A DNA stretch of 64,000 nt from an uncultured delta proteobacterium (GCA_963834795.1 CAWIDL010000021.1:29938-93937); one strand, 5' to 3'; counted from the stretch's first letter, positions 1 to 10,885 are shown. Program-made: numbers and translations. Notes: generated by a model not told the origin, from the letters alone.

Positions 1-276
1 TGTACCGGGATCCAGAGTCGCAATTTCCAGGTGGGTTTCAAGCTGGGGCAGGGCCAGGCCCTGGAGCAAATCCTGGGAGCCATGACCATGGTGGCGGAAG
101 GAGTCAAGGCCTCCCGGGCGGCGCACCTGCTGGCGGAGAGGCTGGGAGTGGAAGTGCCCCTGGTGACCGCCATCTACAAGATTCTCTATGAAGGCCTGGC
201 CCCCAAGGAAGCCATTAAAAAACTGATGACCCGGGAACTCAAAGACGAACTGGAAGCCATGAGCGAAACCTGGTAA
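1..276 (+). CDS. gpsA: NAD(P)H-dependent glycerol-3-phosphate dehydrogenase, C-terminal part (5' truncated by window)
   Basis: Frame 1 is open from base 1: CTGIQSRN...VAEGV...VEVPLVTAIY..LMTR, the typical GpsA C-terminus. Confidence 0.9.
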   Translation, partial: CTGIQSRNFQVGFKLGQGQALEQILGAMTMVAEGVKASRAAHLLAERLGVEVPLVTAIYKILYEGLAPKEAIKKLMTRELKDELEAMSETW

Positions 277-281
277 TCCCG

Positions 282-1619
282 ATGACCAACGATCCCATCG
301 AAGTCCAAATTCCCGTAATCGGGGAGTGCAGGGTAAATTCCCCCATATCCCGCGCCCCCATGTGCACCCGGGATGGGCGATGCGTGCCGAAGACCTTTAT
401 CCAGGATGCCGATAAAATCCTGATCGACGACACCTTCGATTACTTGAGGAGCCTGGGGCCGGGGGAAGAGCCTCAGGCCTTTGAAATGGCCGGCCCCCGG
501 GAAAGGATCTATTTCGACCCCTCCAAGGTGCACTGCGCCATCGCCACCTGCGGCGGCCTGTGCCCCGGCACCAACGACGTCATCCGGGCCATCGTCCTGG
601 AGCTCCATTTCCTTTACGGGGTGCGCCACATCTACGGGGTACGGTACGGCCTCCGGGGATTCATCCCCCATTACGGCCATGAGCTGCAGGAACTCAACCC
701 GGAGGCGGTGGCCAACATCCACACCTTCGGGGGCACCATCCTGGGCACCTCCCGGGGCCCCCAGGACACCGGCGAGATCGCCGACGCCCTGGAGCGCATC
801 GACCTTCGCATCCTCTTTCTCATCGGCGGCGACGGCACCCTGCGGGCCGCCTACGACATCTACCAGGAGATTACCCGGCGGGAACTGCGCATCAGCGTCA
901 TCGTCATTCCCAAAACCATTGACAACGACATCCCCCTGGTGAGCCGTTCCTTCGGGTTCGACACCGCTGTGGAACAGGCCACCAGCTCCATCATGGCGGC
1001 CCATACCGAAGCGGTGGGATCCCCCAACGGCATCGGCCTGGTGAAGCTCATGGGCCGCTACTCGGGGTTCATCGCGGCCAACGCCACCCTGGCCCTGCGG
1101 GAGGTCAACTTCGTCCTGATTCCAGAAGCGGATTTTGATATCGACGGGGAGTACGGCCTGTTGGTAGAACTGGAACGGCGACTCCAGGAGCGGCAACATG
1201 CCCTGATCCTGGTAGGGGAAGGCGCCGGCCAGAAATTTTTCCGGGAGCAAGACCTGATTCGGGACCCTTCGGGGAACATCAAACCGGGAGATATCGGACT
1301 TTTCCTCCAGGAGAGGATCACGGAATACTTCCTGCAGAAAAAAATGGAAGTGAACCTCAAATACATTGACCCCAGCTACTTGATCCGCAGCATGCCGGCC
1401 AACTATAATGACCGCATCTACTGCGGCTTTCTGGGCCAAAACGCGGTGCACGCCGGCATGGCCGGCAAGACCGGTATGCTGGTGAGCCGCTGGCACGGCC
1501 ACTACGTACACATTCCCATCCAGGCCTCGGCGGGCGGGCGCCAGGAGATGGAACTCAATTCTCCCCTGTGGCGAAGCGTCGTGGAATCCACCGGCCAGCC
1601 GCCCTTGAAAAATCCATAA
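282..1619 (+). CDS. pfkA: 6-phosphofructokinase, ATP-dependent long (group X-like) type
   Basis: TCGGLCPG, GGTILGTSRG, GGDG, PKTIDND and MGR motifs; GGDG rather than GGDD points to ATP as donor. Confidence 0.9.
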   Translation: MTNDPIEVQIPVIGECRVNSPISRAPMCTRDGRCVPKTFIQDADKILIDDTFDYLRSLGPGEEPQAFEMAGPRERIYFDPSKVHCAIATCGGLCPGTNDVIRAIVLELHFLYGVRHIYGVRYGLRGFIPHYGHELQELNPEAVANIHTFGGTILGTSRGPQDTGEIADALERIDLRILFLIGGDGTLRAAYDIYQEITRRELRISVIVIPKTIDNDIPLVSRSFGFDTAVEQATSSIMAAHTEAVGSPNGIGLVKLMGRYSGFIAANATLALREVNFVLIPEADFDIDGEYGLLVELERRLQERQHALILVGEGAGQKFFREQDLIRDPSGNIKPGDIGLFLQERITEYFLQKKMEVNLKYIDPSYLIRSMPANYNDRIYCGFLGQNAVHAGMAGKTGMLVSRWHGHYVHIPIQASAGGRQEMELNSPLWRSVVESTGQPPLKNP

Positions 1620-1722
1620 AGGCGGGGGGATCCGGGGCCAGGGGAGGCAGGGCGCGCCCTGCGCACCGGGTTGGCGTACTGGGCAACCGCGTGAATTTGA
1701 AAGAAGATGTGAAGCACACCGC

Positions 1723-2124
1723 ATGGACCATACCGATAAATCTCCCGTGTTCCACTGCCGCCAATGCGGCGATTGCTGCGCCGGCCGGGGTGGCATCCAT
1801 GTGCGCCCCCAGGAAGTGGAGGCCATGGCGGCGCACCTGTCCATGTCGGTAGAGGAATTCCGCCGCAACTTCGTAGAAGCCTCCCTTACCGGGCCTCGCC
1901 TGACGGTGGCCAACGAGGTTTGCATCTTCCTGCTGGAGGGCAACAACTGCCGGGTGCACCCGGTGAAGCCCTTCATCTGCCGCCAGTGGCCCTTTCTCCC
2001 GGCACTGCTTATGGAGGCTGACGAACTGGAACACGCCAAAGGCGCCTGCCAGGGTATCAACCCGTCTTGCAGCCACGAGGAATTTGTGGCGGCGGCCTCG
2101 AGCCGGGGGCATGAGCCCAGCTGA
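1723..2124 (+). CDS. YkgJ-family (CxxCxxCC) cysteine-cluster protein
   Basis: CRQCGDCC, C-x-FL, C-x-VH-x-x-KP-x-x-C-x-x-WPF pattern. Confidence 0.85.
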   Translation: MDHTDKSPVFHCRQCGDCCAGRGGIHVRPQEVEAMAAHLSMSVEEFRRNFVEASLTGPRLTVANEVCIFLLEGNNCRVHPVKPFICRQWPFLPALLMEADELEHAKGACQGINPSCSHEEFVAAASSRGHEPS

Positions 2125-2199
2125 AACCTAATCCGTCAGCACCGCCGTCCCGCCTGAGCATTAATATATGGTGGGCAGGGGCCACCCTACAGGAGAGTC

Positions 2200-2961
2200 A
2201 TGAGAAAAATTCTAATTTGCTTTTCGATCGTTCTTTCTTTTACAGGCCTGCTGCTGGGAACCGTTCTGGCCGCCGAGCAGCCGGATGCCGTCCCCAGCGC
2301 CTTTGCGGAGGGGGTGGCGGCCCTGAACCAAGGCAATCCCGCCGCCGCCATTGATAAGTTTACTGAGGCCCTGAAGCTCAACCCGGACCTGGTGGAGGCC
2401 TACCTCAATCGGGGCGTGGCCCGCCTGAGGCTGGACCAGCCGGTGGAAGCGGTGGCCGATTTTGATAAGGCCCTGGAATTGGCCCCAACTTCTTCCGAAG
2501 CCTTATATAACCGGGCCCTGGCCTACAGCCGCAACGGCGTCTATGACAAGGCCCTGGCAGACTATACCCAGGCCTTGAAATACGCCCCCAGGGACTGGCA
2601 GATCCTATACAACCGCGGCAACACTTACCTGGATCTGGGCAAGGGAAAAGAGGCCCTGGCGGACTACGACCGGGCCTTGCAGCTCCACCCCAAGACTCCG
2701 GAGATCCTCTTTAAGCGGGGGCTGGCCCATCTGCAGCTGGGCCAGGCTGAAAAGGCCCTCAAAGACGCGGACACGGCCCAGGAACTCGATGCCGGTTTCG
2801 CCCGGGCCCAATTCCTCCGGGGCCGAGCCCTGGAAAAGCTGGATCATAAATACGAGGCCATGGCCGCCTACCGGCAATTTCTGAAGGGCGGCGACCCCGC
2901 AAAAGAAGGGACCCGGATGCAACAGGCCCTGGAGCGCCTCAAACATCTGGAAGGAAAATAA
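2200..2961 (+). CDS. Secreted tetratricopeptide-repeat protein
   Basis: Signal peptide followed by repeated AYxNRG/ALADY..AL..xP TPR units; AGGAG RBS. Confidence 0.9.
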   Translation: MRKILICFSIVLSFTGLLLGTVLAAEQPDAVPSAFAEGVAALNQGNPAAAIDKFTEALKLNPDLVEAYLNRGVARLRLDQPVEAVADFDKALELAPTSSEALYNRALAYSRNGVYDKALADYTQALKYAPRDWQILYNRGNTYLDLGKGKEALADYDRALQLHPKTPEILFKRGLAHLQLGQAEKALKDADTAQELDAGFARAQFLRGRALEKLDHKYEAMAAYRQFLKGGDPAKEGTRMQQALERLKHLEGK

Positions 2962-3061
2962 AGACAGTGGTCAGTGATTAGTGGTTCATGGTCAGTATTC
3001 AGGAAATTCCGAGAGCTACTGGCCCCGGCCACTAACCACTGTCCTGTGAACACTGGCCACT

Positions 3062-4612
3062 ATGAGCTACTACCTCACCACTCCCATCTATTACGTCAAC
3101 GCCGAGCCCCACCTGGGCCATGCCTATACCACGGTAGTGGCCGATGCCCTGGCCCGGTTTCATCGCCTCCTGGGGGTGGAGACCCGCTTCCAGACCGGCA
3201 CCGACGAGCACGGCGACAAGGTGGTAGAGGCGGCTCGCCGGGCCGGCCTGCCGGTTAAGGAGTTTGTGGATCGCATCAGCGCCCAGTTCCGCCAGACTTG
3301 GGACGAATTGGACATCAGCTACGATCGTTTCATCCGCACCACCGACCCCGACCACGTGCGGGTGGTCCAGGAGGTCCTCAGCCGGGTCCACGAGCGCGGC
3401 GACATCTACTTTGGGGAGTACGGCGGCCTTTATTGCTACGATTGTGAAGCCTTCTATCTGGAGCGGGACCTGGTGGACGGCCTCTGCCCGGACCACCGGG
3501 TCAAACCCACCTACCTCAAGGAAGAGAACTACTTCTTCCGCATGAGCAAATACCAGGGCTGGCTTCTGGACTATCTCCACGACCACCCCGGCTGGATCCA
3601 GCCGGAGCGCTACCGTAATGAGGTGCTGGCCTTCTTGCGGGAGCCCCTGGAGGATTTGTGCATCTCCCGGCCCAAGAGCCGCCTGGAATGGGGGATCACC
3701 CTCCCCTTCGATGAGCGTTACGTCACCTACGTCTGGTTCGACGCCCTCCTCAACTACCTTACGGGCTTGGGCTACCACCAGGGAGAAGCCGACCCATTCC
3801 AGAAATACCCGAATTTCTGGCCGGGCCAGCACCTCATCGCCAAGGACATCCTCAAGCCCCACGCCATCTACTGGCCGACCATGCTGGCCTCCCTGGATCT
3901 CCCGCCCTTCCAGCATCTCAACGTCCACGGCTACTGGCAGTTGGACGCCGGCAAGATGTCCAAGAGCCTGGGCAACGTGGTGGAGCCCCGGGCCCTGGCG
4001 GCCCGATACGGCGTGGACCAGGTGCGTTATTTCTTTCTCCGGGAGATGGTCTTCGGCCTGGACGCCCACTTCAGCCAGGAGGCCCTGGTCAGCCGCATCA
4101 ACGCCGACCTGGCCAACGACCTGGGCAACCTCCTGGCCCGCACCCTGGGGATGGCCTTCAAATACTGTGAAGGCAAAGTGCCGGTGCCGGGGGAGATGGC
4201 AGGCCGAGATTATAACATCCAAAACTCGGCCATGATTATTGGACCTTCTTTTTTAGAAAATTTTGAAGCCTTGGAATTTCCACGAGCTTTAGCCGACTTA
4301 TGGGATTTCATCCGCATTCTGAACCGATATATTGTAGACAACGCCCCATGGGAATTGGCCAAACGATCTTCACCCGCAGATGTCCAAAGACTGGACACAG
4401 TGCTCTACCACCTGCTGGAATCCCTGCGCTTGATCGCCGCCTTACTACAGCCAGTGATGCCCGGAAGCGCCCTCAAGATGAGCGAACACCTGGGCCTGGG
4501 TCTGCGGGACCAGCCCCTGCCCCAGGCACTGGAGTGGGGCCTCCTTCCTTCCAGGGTCTCCCTGAAACCCGGCCCGCCCCTCTTCCCCCGGATAGAGATG
4601 GAGGCGAAGTGA
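3062..4612 (+). CDS. metG: Methionine--tRNA ligase (short form, no C-terminal tRNA-binding appendix)
   Basis: YLTTPIYYVN, HLGH, GTDEHG, Zn knuckle CYDC..CPDH, YVWFDAL, KMSKS. Confidence 0.97.
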   Translation: MSYYLTTPIYYVNAEPHLGHAYTTVVADALARFHRLLGVETRFQTGTDEHGDKVVEAARRAGLPVKEFVDRISAQFRQTWDELDISYDRFIRTTDPDHVRVVQEVLSRVHERGDIYFGEYGGLYCYDCEAFYLERDLVDGLCPDHRVKPTYLKEENYFFRMSKYQGWLLDYLHDHPGWIQPERYRNEVLAFLREPLEDLCISRPKSRLEWGITLPFDERYVTYVWFDALLNYLTGLGYHQGEADPFQKYPNFWPGQHLIAKDILKPHAIYWPTMLASLDLPPFQHLNVHGYWQLDAGKMSKSLGNVVEPRALAARYGVDQVRYFFLREMVFGLDAHFSQEALVSRINADLANDLGNLLARTLGMAFKYCEGKVPVPGEMAGRDYNIQNSAMIIGPSFLENFEALEFPRALADLWDFIRILNRYIVDNAPWELAKRSSPADVQRLDTVLYHLLESLRLIAALLQPVMPGSALKMSEHLGLGLRDQPLPQALEWGLLPSRVSLKPGPPLFPRIEMEAK

Positions 4613-5209
4613 TTTTTCCGGGAGGACCCCCGGCGCCAAGGTCCGTAGCCGCGTGCCTCAGCGTAGCCTGGAAACGGAATGAAGGCGAGCAGGGCCCGCC
4701 CTGCATCTTGGGGATGGGGCGGACCCAGGTGTCCCCCCTGATTTAGGGCGTGCCCTGCACGCCGCCTGAGGTTCGGCGGCCACAGGCCGCCCTATAACCC
4801 TGATCGGAAATCACACCCTTCGCTATCCCTCCACCATCCCCTGGCTGACGGTTCTTGCCGATCAAACCGGGCTTTTCCCCTCCCCTTCCCAGGCCAGATG
4901 CCGGCCAGGTCTCGCCTTTAGACCTATTAAATTCAGAACTTATCCAGGATGGAATCAGGAAATTCCTAATTACCACTAAATAAGGCGCGTAAAATTCCTA
5001 GGTTGAGCCTTCCTGCGGAGCCTCCGAAAACCGGAAGGGGCCAGGGGCGGACCCTCGAGCGCCATCTCCGGACCGGGCCGGATGCCGGGTGGAAAATTCT
5101 CCTTGCTGCTGGGCGGGTGTGGTATAATCCAGCTAAAATAAACATCCCAAGGACCAAAGAACACCATCTTAAACCCGTGCTGAAGTTTTTTTTAAGGGGG
5201 AGATCCCGG

Positions 5210-5764
5210 ATGGCCGGGAAAACTTGGGGCGCGGTTGCCATCGTTCTGGGGTTGGCGATTTTCCTGGCGGGCTGCGCCGAGGCCCCCCTGCCGCCTGCGG
5301 CGGCGCCGCCCCAGGCGCCCCTGCCCCAGGCGCGCCGCAGCCCCCAGGAGGTCGCCCTGGAGCGGGCCCTGGGCGATTTCTACGGCGCCCCTTACCATGC
5401 CGGGGGCACCACCCCCGAGGGGGTGGACTGCTCCGGGTTGGTCCAGGCCCTGCTCCAGAGGGCTGGGGTGAAGCTGCCTCGCACCGTGGCCCAGCAGTAT
5501 GAGACCGGGCGGCCGGTGGGGCCCGGAGAATTGCGCTTCGGTGACGTGGTCTTCTTCGACCGCTACTGCCAACAACCCCAGGGCCGGGACTTTTACCTGG
5601 CCAACATCCTGCCGTCCTTCGCCGCCGAGGAAGTTTGCCACAATGGCCTCTACCTGGGGGAAGGCCGCTTCCTGCACGCCTCCCCCCGGGGGGTTTTCGT
5701 CAGCCGCCTGGACGCCGAAGTTTGGCGCGCCTCTTATAAAGGGGCCCGGCGGTATCTTCCTTAG
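5210..5764 (+). CDS. NlpC/P60 (C40 peptidase) lipoprotein
   Basis: Lipobox LAGC; PY..GG....DCSG, LPRT, GD.VFF, H.G.Y, FLHAS. Start reassigned to ATG at 5210. Confidence 0.9.
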   Translation: MAGKTWGAVAIVLGLAIFLAGCAEAPLPPAAAPPQAPLPQARRSPQEVALERALGDFYGAPYHAGGTTPEGVDCSGLVQALLQRAGVKLPRTVAQQYETGRPVGPGELRFGDVVFFDRYCQQPQGRDFYLANILPSFAAEEVCHNGLYLGEGRFLHASPRGVFVSRLDAEVWRASYKGARRYLP

Positions 5765-5935
5765 CCGTAGCCGCAAGCTCTAACCTGCGCCATCCTGGCG
5801 CGGCGCGGTAGCGCCAACGGGACTTTTCCAAACCGCAAAAACCCGCTTCGCTTTTCTCTACTGATGCCTTAAAATATATCTTAGGCTTCTGGAGTTAAGC
5901 GGCCGCCATACCCCACCAAAGATCGGGAGCGCTTT

Positions 5936-6454
5936 ATGCAAACAACTCGCCGTCCATCCCCTGCCTGGCTGGGCCTGATCGTGTTGCTCGGGATAACCAT
6001 GGGCCTTTCGGAAACCTGGGGTCAGTCTTTCCTGGGCGATTATCGCTGGGGGAATTTCGGTGAGTCCCGGGAAAGCAACCGCCTGGACCGGGAGCAGCTG
6101 ATCTCCCAGGGAAACTCTTGTCCCAGCGGCGGCTGCGTGTTGCGCCTGGACCAGGTGGAAGTGCGACCGGCCAGGATCGGCCGCGGCCAGACCGTGGTGC
6201 TGGCCACCACTTATACCGTCCTCACCCCGGAGCAGGTCGCCATCCCGGTGACCGTCTCCCGGGAGATCAGTTTCCAGGGCAAGCCCCTGGGAGAAACCAA
6301 GGACATCGGCTCCCGCCGCCTTAACGGCACCTGGAATCAGGAGGTGGACTTCACCGTGCCGGACAATGCCGTGCCCGGGATCTACACCCTGAAGACCAGG
6401 GTCAGCACCGGCTACGCCTCGGACCAGAAAGAGGTGCAATTTCGGGTGGAGTGA
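5936..6454 (+). CDS. Hypothetical exported protein (beta-sandwich-like)
   Basis: N-terminal hydrophobic signal, host-like codon usage, PG.Y.L Ig-like strand pattern. Confidence 0.7.
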   Translation: MQTTRRPSPAWLGLIVLLGITMGLSETWGQSFLGDYRWGNFGESRESNRLDREQLISQGNSCPSGGCVLRLDQVEVRPARIGRGQTVVLATTYTVLTPEQVAIPVTVSREISFQGKPLGETKDIGSRRLNGTWNQEVDFTVPDNAVPGIYTLKTRVSTGYASDQKEVQFRVE

Positions 6455-6602
6455 ATTTTTTTGTTTTTTTTGTTTTTTTGTAACTGGGAGTCGGAGGACC
6501 GGAGAAGGGGGATCTGGTAAGGGACCGGAGTTAAATAAAATTCCCCGTCTCCTGTCTCCCTAACAAAAAAACAAAAATTCCCGGTCCAAAGGTGGAAGAA
6601 TT

Positions 6603-7568
6603 TTGCTTTGCGATATCAATTACCTGCGGGTTTCCATCACTGACCGTTGCAATCTCCGCTGTTTTTACTGCACTCCCTGGGGGGGGTGGCAGAAGCTGCC
6701 GGCCCCGGAAATCCTGCGTTACGAGGAGCTGCTCCACCTGGCCGGAGTGGCTGCCGGAGTGGGCATCCGCAAGGTTCGGGTCACCGGGGGCGAACCCCTG
6801 GTGCGCCGGGGAGTGGTGGAGTTCATCCGGAACCTGGGCCAGGTTCCGGGGCTCGAAGAGGTCTGCCTGACCACCAATGGGGTGCTGCTTACGGAGCTGG
6901 CCCCGGAGTTGTACGCCGCCGGGCTGCGCCACCTCAACCTGAGCCTGGACACCCTGCGCCGGGAGCGCTATCGGCGCCTCACCGGGGGGGACCACCTGCC
7001 GCAGGTGTTGGCGGGCATCCAGGCCGCGGCGGCCCTGGGATTCAGCCCCTTGAAGATCAACTGCGTGGTGCTCAAGGGCGCCAACGACGATGAATTGTTG
7101 GAGTTCGCCTTGCTGACCCGGGACCATCCCTTTCAGGTAAGGTTCATCGAATTCATGCCCACGGTAAGCAGAGAGTGCTGGCAAAGCCATTTCTTGCCCA
7201 TGGCCCAGGTGCGCCGCCGCCTGCGAGGGCTGGGCTCCATGGCGCCGGTGGACCGGCCCGCCACCGCCGGCCCGGCCAGGACCTTCCGCATCGCAGGATT
7301 CCAGGGAGAGTTGGGCTTCATCAGCTCCGTGAGCGAGCACCACTGCCCCAACTGCAACCGCCTGCGCCTCACCGCCGCCGGCCATCTCCAGCCTTGCCTG
7401 TTCGCGGCCCCAGAGGTCGATGTCAAGGGCCCCTTGCGCCGGGGGGCCGATGATCGGGCCTTGGGCCGCCTGTTCCAGGAAGCCATGGCGATGAAAAAGT
7501 TTAAGGCCAAAACCGGAGTGTCCGGCGACCTCTTCCGCGGCCGGGCCATGGTCAGCATCGGCGGCTAA
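6603..7568 (+). CDS. moaA: GTP 3',8-cyclase (molybdopterin biosynthesis); exact start uncertain
   Basis: YLRVSITDRCNLRCFYC, TGGEP, C-terminal CxxCNRLRL..C and terminal MVSIGG. Confidence 0.95.
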   Translation: MLCDINYLRVSITDRCNLRCFYCTPWGGWQKLPAPEILRYEELLHLAGVAAGVGIRKVRVTGGEPLVRRGVVEFIRNLGQVPGLEEVCLTTNGVLLTELAPELYAAGLRHLNLSLDTLRRERYRRLTGGDHLPQVLAGIQAAAALGFSPLKINCVVLKGANDDELLEFALLTRDHPFQVRFIEFMPTVSRECWQSHFLPMAQVRRRLRGLGSMAPVDRPATAGPARTFRIAGFQGELGFISSVSEHHCPNCNRLRLTAAGHLQPCLFAAPEVDVKGPLRRGADDRALGRLFQEAMAMKKFKAKTGVSGDLFRGRAMVSIGG

Positions 7569-7811
7569 AAGAAAAATCCTCCGGCGCCGACCCTGGCAAA
7601 AAAGATAAAATAAGACAAAAAAAGATAAAAAAAGATAAAAAAAGCGGGTCGCTGAGTTACTCGCCGATTTCGAAGATATAGCATCTCCTCGGAAACCTAG
7701 TTAACGGCAGTAGTATCCGGCAGGGTTTTTGCTGTGAGGCAGGCATTAGGCATTTGTTTGAACTTAGACATGCCCACTAGCTAATAAATTCATGAAATTT
7801 GCAAGCTATTT

Positions 7812-7914
7812 CCCTCTCCCCCCTTGGGGGGAGAGGGCAGGGTGAGGGGGGGGTATGAAACGGCCGATGAAGCCACCCCTCACCCTAACCCTCTCCCCTC
7901 GCAGGGGAGAGGGG
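7812..7914. repeat. Palindromic repeat element (CCCTCACCCTAACCCTCTCCC...GGGAGAGGG family)
   Basis: Two inverted hairpin units; related copies at ~25452-25571, 56560-56610, 57630-57680, 59631-59748, 59836-59875, 61087-61191. Confidence 0.8.
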
Positions 7915-8165
7915 ATTTAGTTGCATCGATATAATATGTTGATATCGTTGAAATTACAATGGTCTAGCGTTTAACTGCGAGATAGTGTAATCTTCCCCTC
8001 GCCATTTTGTTGCCAGACACTACTAAGTTAACGGAGGTTAGCCCACCGGCGGGGGCGCGCATCCTGGAAGAGCGGGCAGCTCTTGTTGCCCGCCCGGCTG
8101 GTTTGGTGGACATTTGCCGGGAGAAATGATTAAGATGCCGAAAATTTATGGGAAAGGGGGTAGTC

Positions 8166-8651
8166 ATGGCCAACAAGATGCTGATTGCGCTGGATAGTTC
8201 GGAAGGGGCCTGGGGCGCGGTGGAATACGTCGCCAAAACCTTTGGTAAGACTCCTGGGGTTGGGGTCACTCTGCTTCATATCCTGCCGGGTCTGCCTCCG
8301 GGGTTCTGGGATCATGGTCATATTGTTGTGAGCGATAAAGAAAAAAGATCCTTGCAGCGCCTGGTGGCCAACTGGGAAGCAGAGCAAGAGAAGCAGTGGC
8401 AAAGCCTTGTGAAAAAAGCCCATAGTCGCCTTAACAAGGCGGGGATTCCCAAAGACGCGGTGACCGACAAGTTCAAACCCAAATATTACGATGTGGCAGA
8501 AGATATCCTTAATGAAGCCGAAACGGGGGGCTTCGACACCATCGTCATGGGCCGCCGCGGCCAGGGAACGGCCAAGGCGCTACTCCTGGGGAGCGTTACC
8601 AACAAGGTAGTCCAGAAAGCCAAGGGCTGCGCGGTCACCATTGTGGAATAG
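8166..8651 (+). CDS. Universal stress protein
   Basis: KMLIALDSSE N-terminus; DTIVMGRRG..LLGSVTNKVV C-terminal USP motif. Confidence 0.92.
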   Translation: MANKMLIALDSSEGAWGAVEYVAKTFGKTPGVGVTLLHILPGLPPGFWDHGHIVVSDKEKRSLQRLVANWEAEQEKQWQSLVKKAHSRLNKAGIPKDAVTDKFKPKYYDVAEDILNEAETGGFDTIVMGRRGQGTAKALLLGSVTNKVVQKAKGCAVTIVE

Positions 8652-8845
8652 CGCCTAAACCAGGTGGTCATCTGCCTCAGGATCTGGTCCCCCTGCCGGT
8701 GCTCAAGCCTGGATACCAGGATATACCGCCGCCAAGCTTCACCCCCACACCAGGATCGAGTCTGAGTAACGATATTGATAGATTCACCACCGCGAACGGC
8801 AGTCCAGAGAATATGCTCTAAAGAGCTTTCTGTATTGGAAGCCAA

Positions 8846-9967
8846 TTATAAGCTGGTCTTGCTCCGCTTCTGATCCATGGTCACGCAGTAAATGCCCCTA
8901 CCATCGAATGCAGGGGCGAAACATGCATTGTCTGAAACACATTCCGCTTTGCGGCGGTCACCCTCCCGCCAGCGCTTGACGAGCCCTGGCTCGCAAATCA
9001 GTGGCCGGCTCATGGAAATGTAGTCGGCCGTTCCATCCCGGACTAACCCCTCGGCCACCCCGAAGGAGCGTATGCCGCCCACCAGAATTAGCGGAATTGT
9101 GACTTTCTGCTTATAGAGCCTCGCAGCTTTCCGGTAATAGACCTCTTGCTTTGGGGTCTTCAGCCTGCCTGGGCGCACTGGCAGGAACTTTTCGGGGGAG
9201 TTCATCGTCCCGCCAGAGAACTCAATTGCATCGATGGATGCCTTCTCGAGCATACCCGAGACCTCTACGGCCTCTGGGCACGTCATACCCTCATCCAAGA
9301 AATCCTCGGAGTTGATTTTGATGAGAACTGGATATTCTGGTCCTACCGCCTCGCGGACGCTCCGTACTACTTTGAGAAGAAGCCGCGCCCGGTTCTTGAG
9401 TTCGCCTCCATATTCGTCTGTCCTCTTATTGAACGCGGGCGCGAGGAACTGGCTGAGCAGAAAGCCATGGGCAGCATGGATCTGTACCGCGTCGAAGCCT
9501 GCCTGTTTCGCTCGGTATGCGGCCTGAGCGAAGGCGAATACGACGTTCGCAATATCCTCCCTACCCGCCGGACGGCAGGTGGGCCGGCCGTTTTTCTCGA
9601 CTGCGGACGGCCCGATAGACTCCAAGCCGCTCAACTCGGAATTCGCCCTACATCCTCCGTGAGCCAGCTGCAGAGCGATCTTTCCTCCGGCTGCATGCAC
9701 CGCCCTGACCATACCCCGAAGCCCGGGCAGGAAACGATCAGCGTAGGCAGCCAGCTGTCCAGGACCGGCTTGGCCCTCGGGACTGACGAAGGTGTGACCG
9801 CTGATGATCAATCCAACTTCTCCTCTAGCCAGCTCGACCATCATCTCAATGAGTCTGGGGGTAACGGCGCCATCCTTGTCCGCCAAACCCTCCCAAGTCG
9901 CAGATCGTACGAATCGGTTGGCCAGCCTCATACCGTTGATAGAAGTGCATTCAAACAATTCAGCCAT
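8846..9967 (-). CDS. NADH:flavin oxidoreductase (old yellow enzyme family)
   Basis: NRFVRSATWE, QLAHGG, GFDAVQIHAAHGFLLSQFL.P..NKRTDEYGG, GGIR, SRP. Confidence 0.93.
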   Translation of the reverse strand: MAELFECTSINGMRLANRFVRSATWEGLADKDGAVTPRLIEMMVELARGEVGLIISGHTFVSPEGQAGPGQLAAYADRFLPGLRGMVRAVHAAGGKIALQLAHGGCRANSELSGLESIGPSAVEKNGRPTCRPAGREDIANVVFAFAQAAYRAKQAGFDAVQIHAAHGFLLSQFLAPAFNKRTDEYGGELKNRARLLLKVVRSVREAVGPEYPVLIKINSEDFLDEGMTCPEAVEVSGMLEKASIDAIEFSGGTMNSPEKFLPVRPGRLKTPKQEVYYRKAARLYKQKVTIPLILVGGIRSFGVAEGLVRDGTADYISMSRPLICEPGLVKRWREGDRRKAECVSDNACFAPAFDGRGIYCVTMDQKRSKTSL

Positions 9968-10137
9968 GGTGATCGTCCTTTTGGTGTTCTTGCCTTCTTG
10001 TTATGCCAATGGGCAGAGCCATACCCCTTTTTGATAGGTATACTTCCTTGTAGCAAACGGTTGGCGAAGGTTTCATCAATTTTCGCCGCATAATCCGGGA
10101 TAAGAGGTTCCAAGCAATCCTCTTATCCCTGGTGTTG

Positions 10138-10407
10138 TCATTTCTTCTGCGGTTCCCATTGACCGGAGGCAGAATTATATACCCTAACTTGGCCATTCAT
10201 GTCGCACATCCACTGATTGCCGACTTTTCGTATATTTTTGGCTTCGGCTGGTGCAAGTGGAGACAACTCGTCTGAAGTTCCCACGGCACTCTTCATATGG
10301 CTCGTTTCTGCGGGTTGTGAGGTTGACGATGATGCACATCCGCCCGCTAAGATCATCAACATGGCAGCCACTACCGCCATTCCGGAAAGATGAATCTTCA
10401 TCTGCAT
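10138..10407 (-). CDS. Small hypothetical lipoprotein
   Basis: GGAGG RBS before ATG at 10407; lipobox LAGGC followed by a Ser-rich linker. Confidence 0.7.
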   Translation of the reverse strand: MQMKIHLSGMAVVAAMLMILAGGCASSSTSQPAETSHMKSAVGTSDELSPLAPAEAKNIRKVGNQWMCDMNGQVRVYNSASGQWEPQKK

Positions 10408-10579
10408 CTCTTTGACCTCCTGACATTGATTATTATTCACAAAATCCTTGACAAGATGAACCTTATGGCAAATAAGTTACATACTTTTATCCACTATGTC
10501 AAAGAGAAAGGAGAATTTCCATGGCCACCGAAATCATCAAAATCACCGCCCAGATTGTAATTTCTCATGCCTCTATTGA

Positions 10580-10885
10580 CCTGCCCCCGCTTTGGCTGCT
10601 TTTGGGGCACCTTCAGCCCTTCCTGTCGCCGGATTCGTTCCATTCGCTTGTGGTTCACTACCCAGCCGTCACCTCGTAGCATCGCCAAGATGCGGCGATA
10701 GCCGTATCGTCCATACCTGGTGGCATAGCCAATGATGGCAGCGGTCAGCCCCACCTCGTCATCAGGCTCGGTGGCTCGGTAACGCTGGGTCGCCCGCGGT
10801 TGCCCAAGCACCCCGCAGACCCGGCGTTCCGACACCGGAAGAGCCTTCCGGATATCCTCGATGCATTGCCGGCGACGGCTCGGGC
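10580..10885 (-). pseudogene. IS3-family OrfB, truncated after KQPKRG
   Basis: SERRVC..LGQPRATQRY, RYGYRRI, VNHKR..RI.RQEGLKVPQKQPKRG then runs straight into the terminal IR. Confidence 0.85.

Noticed and set aside
186-2060. 624-aa minus-strand ORF
   Set aside because: Antisense shadow of pfk and ykgJ caused by high GC3; no motifs
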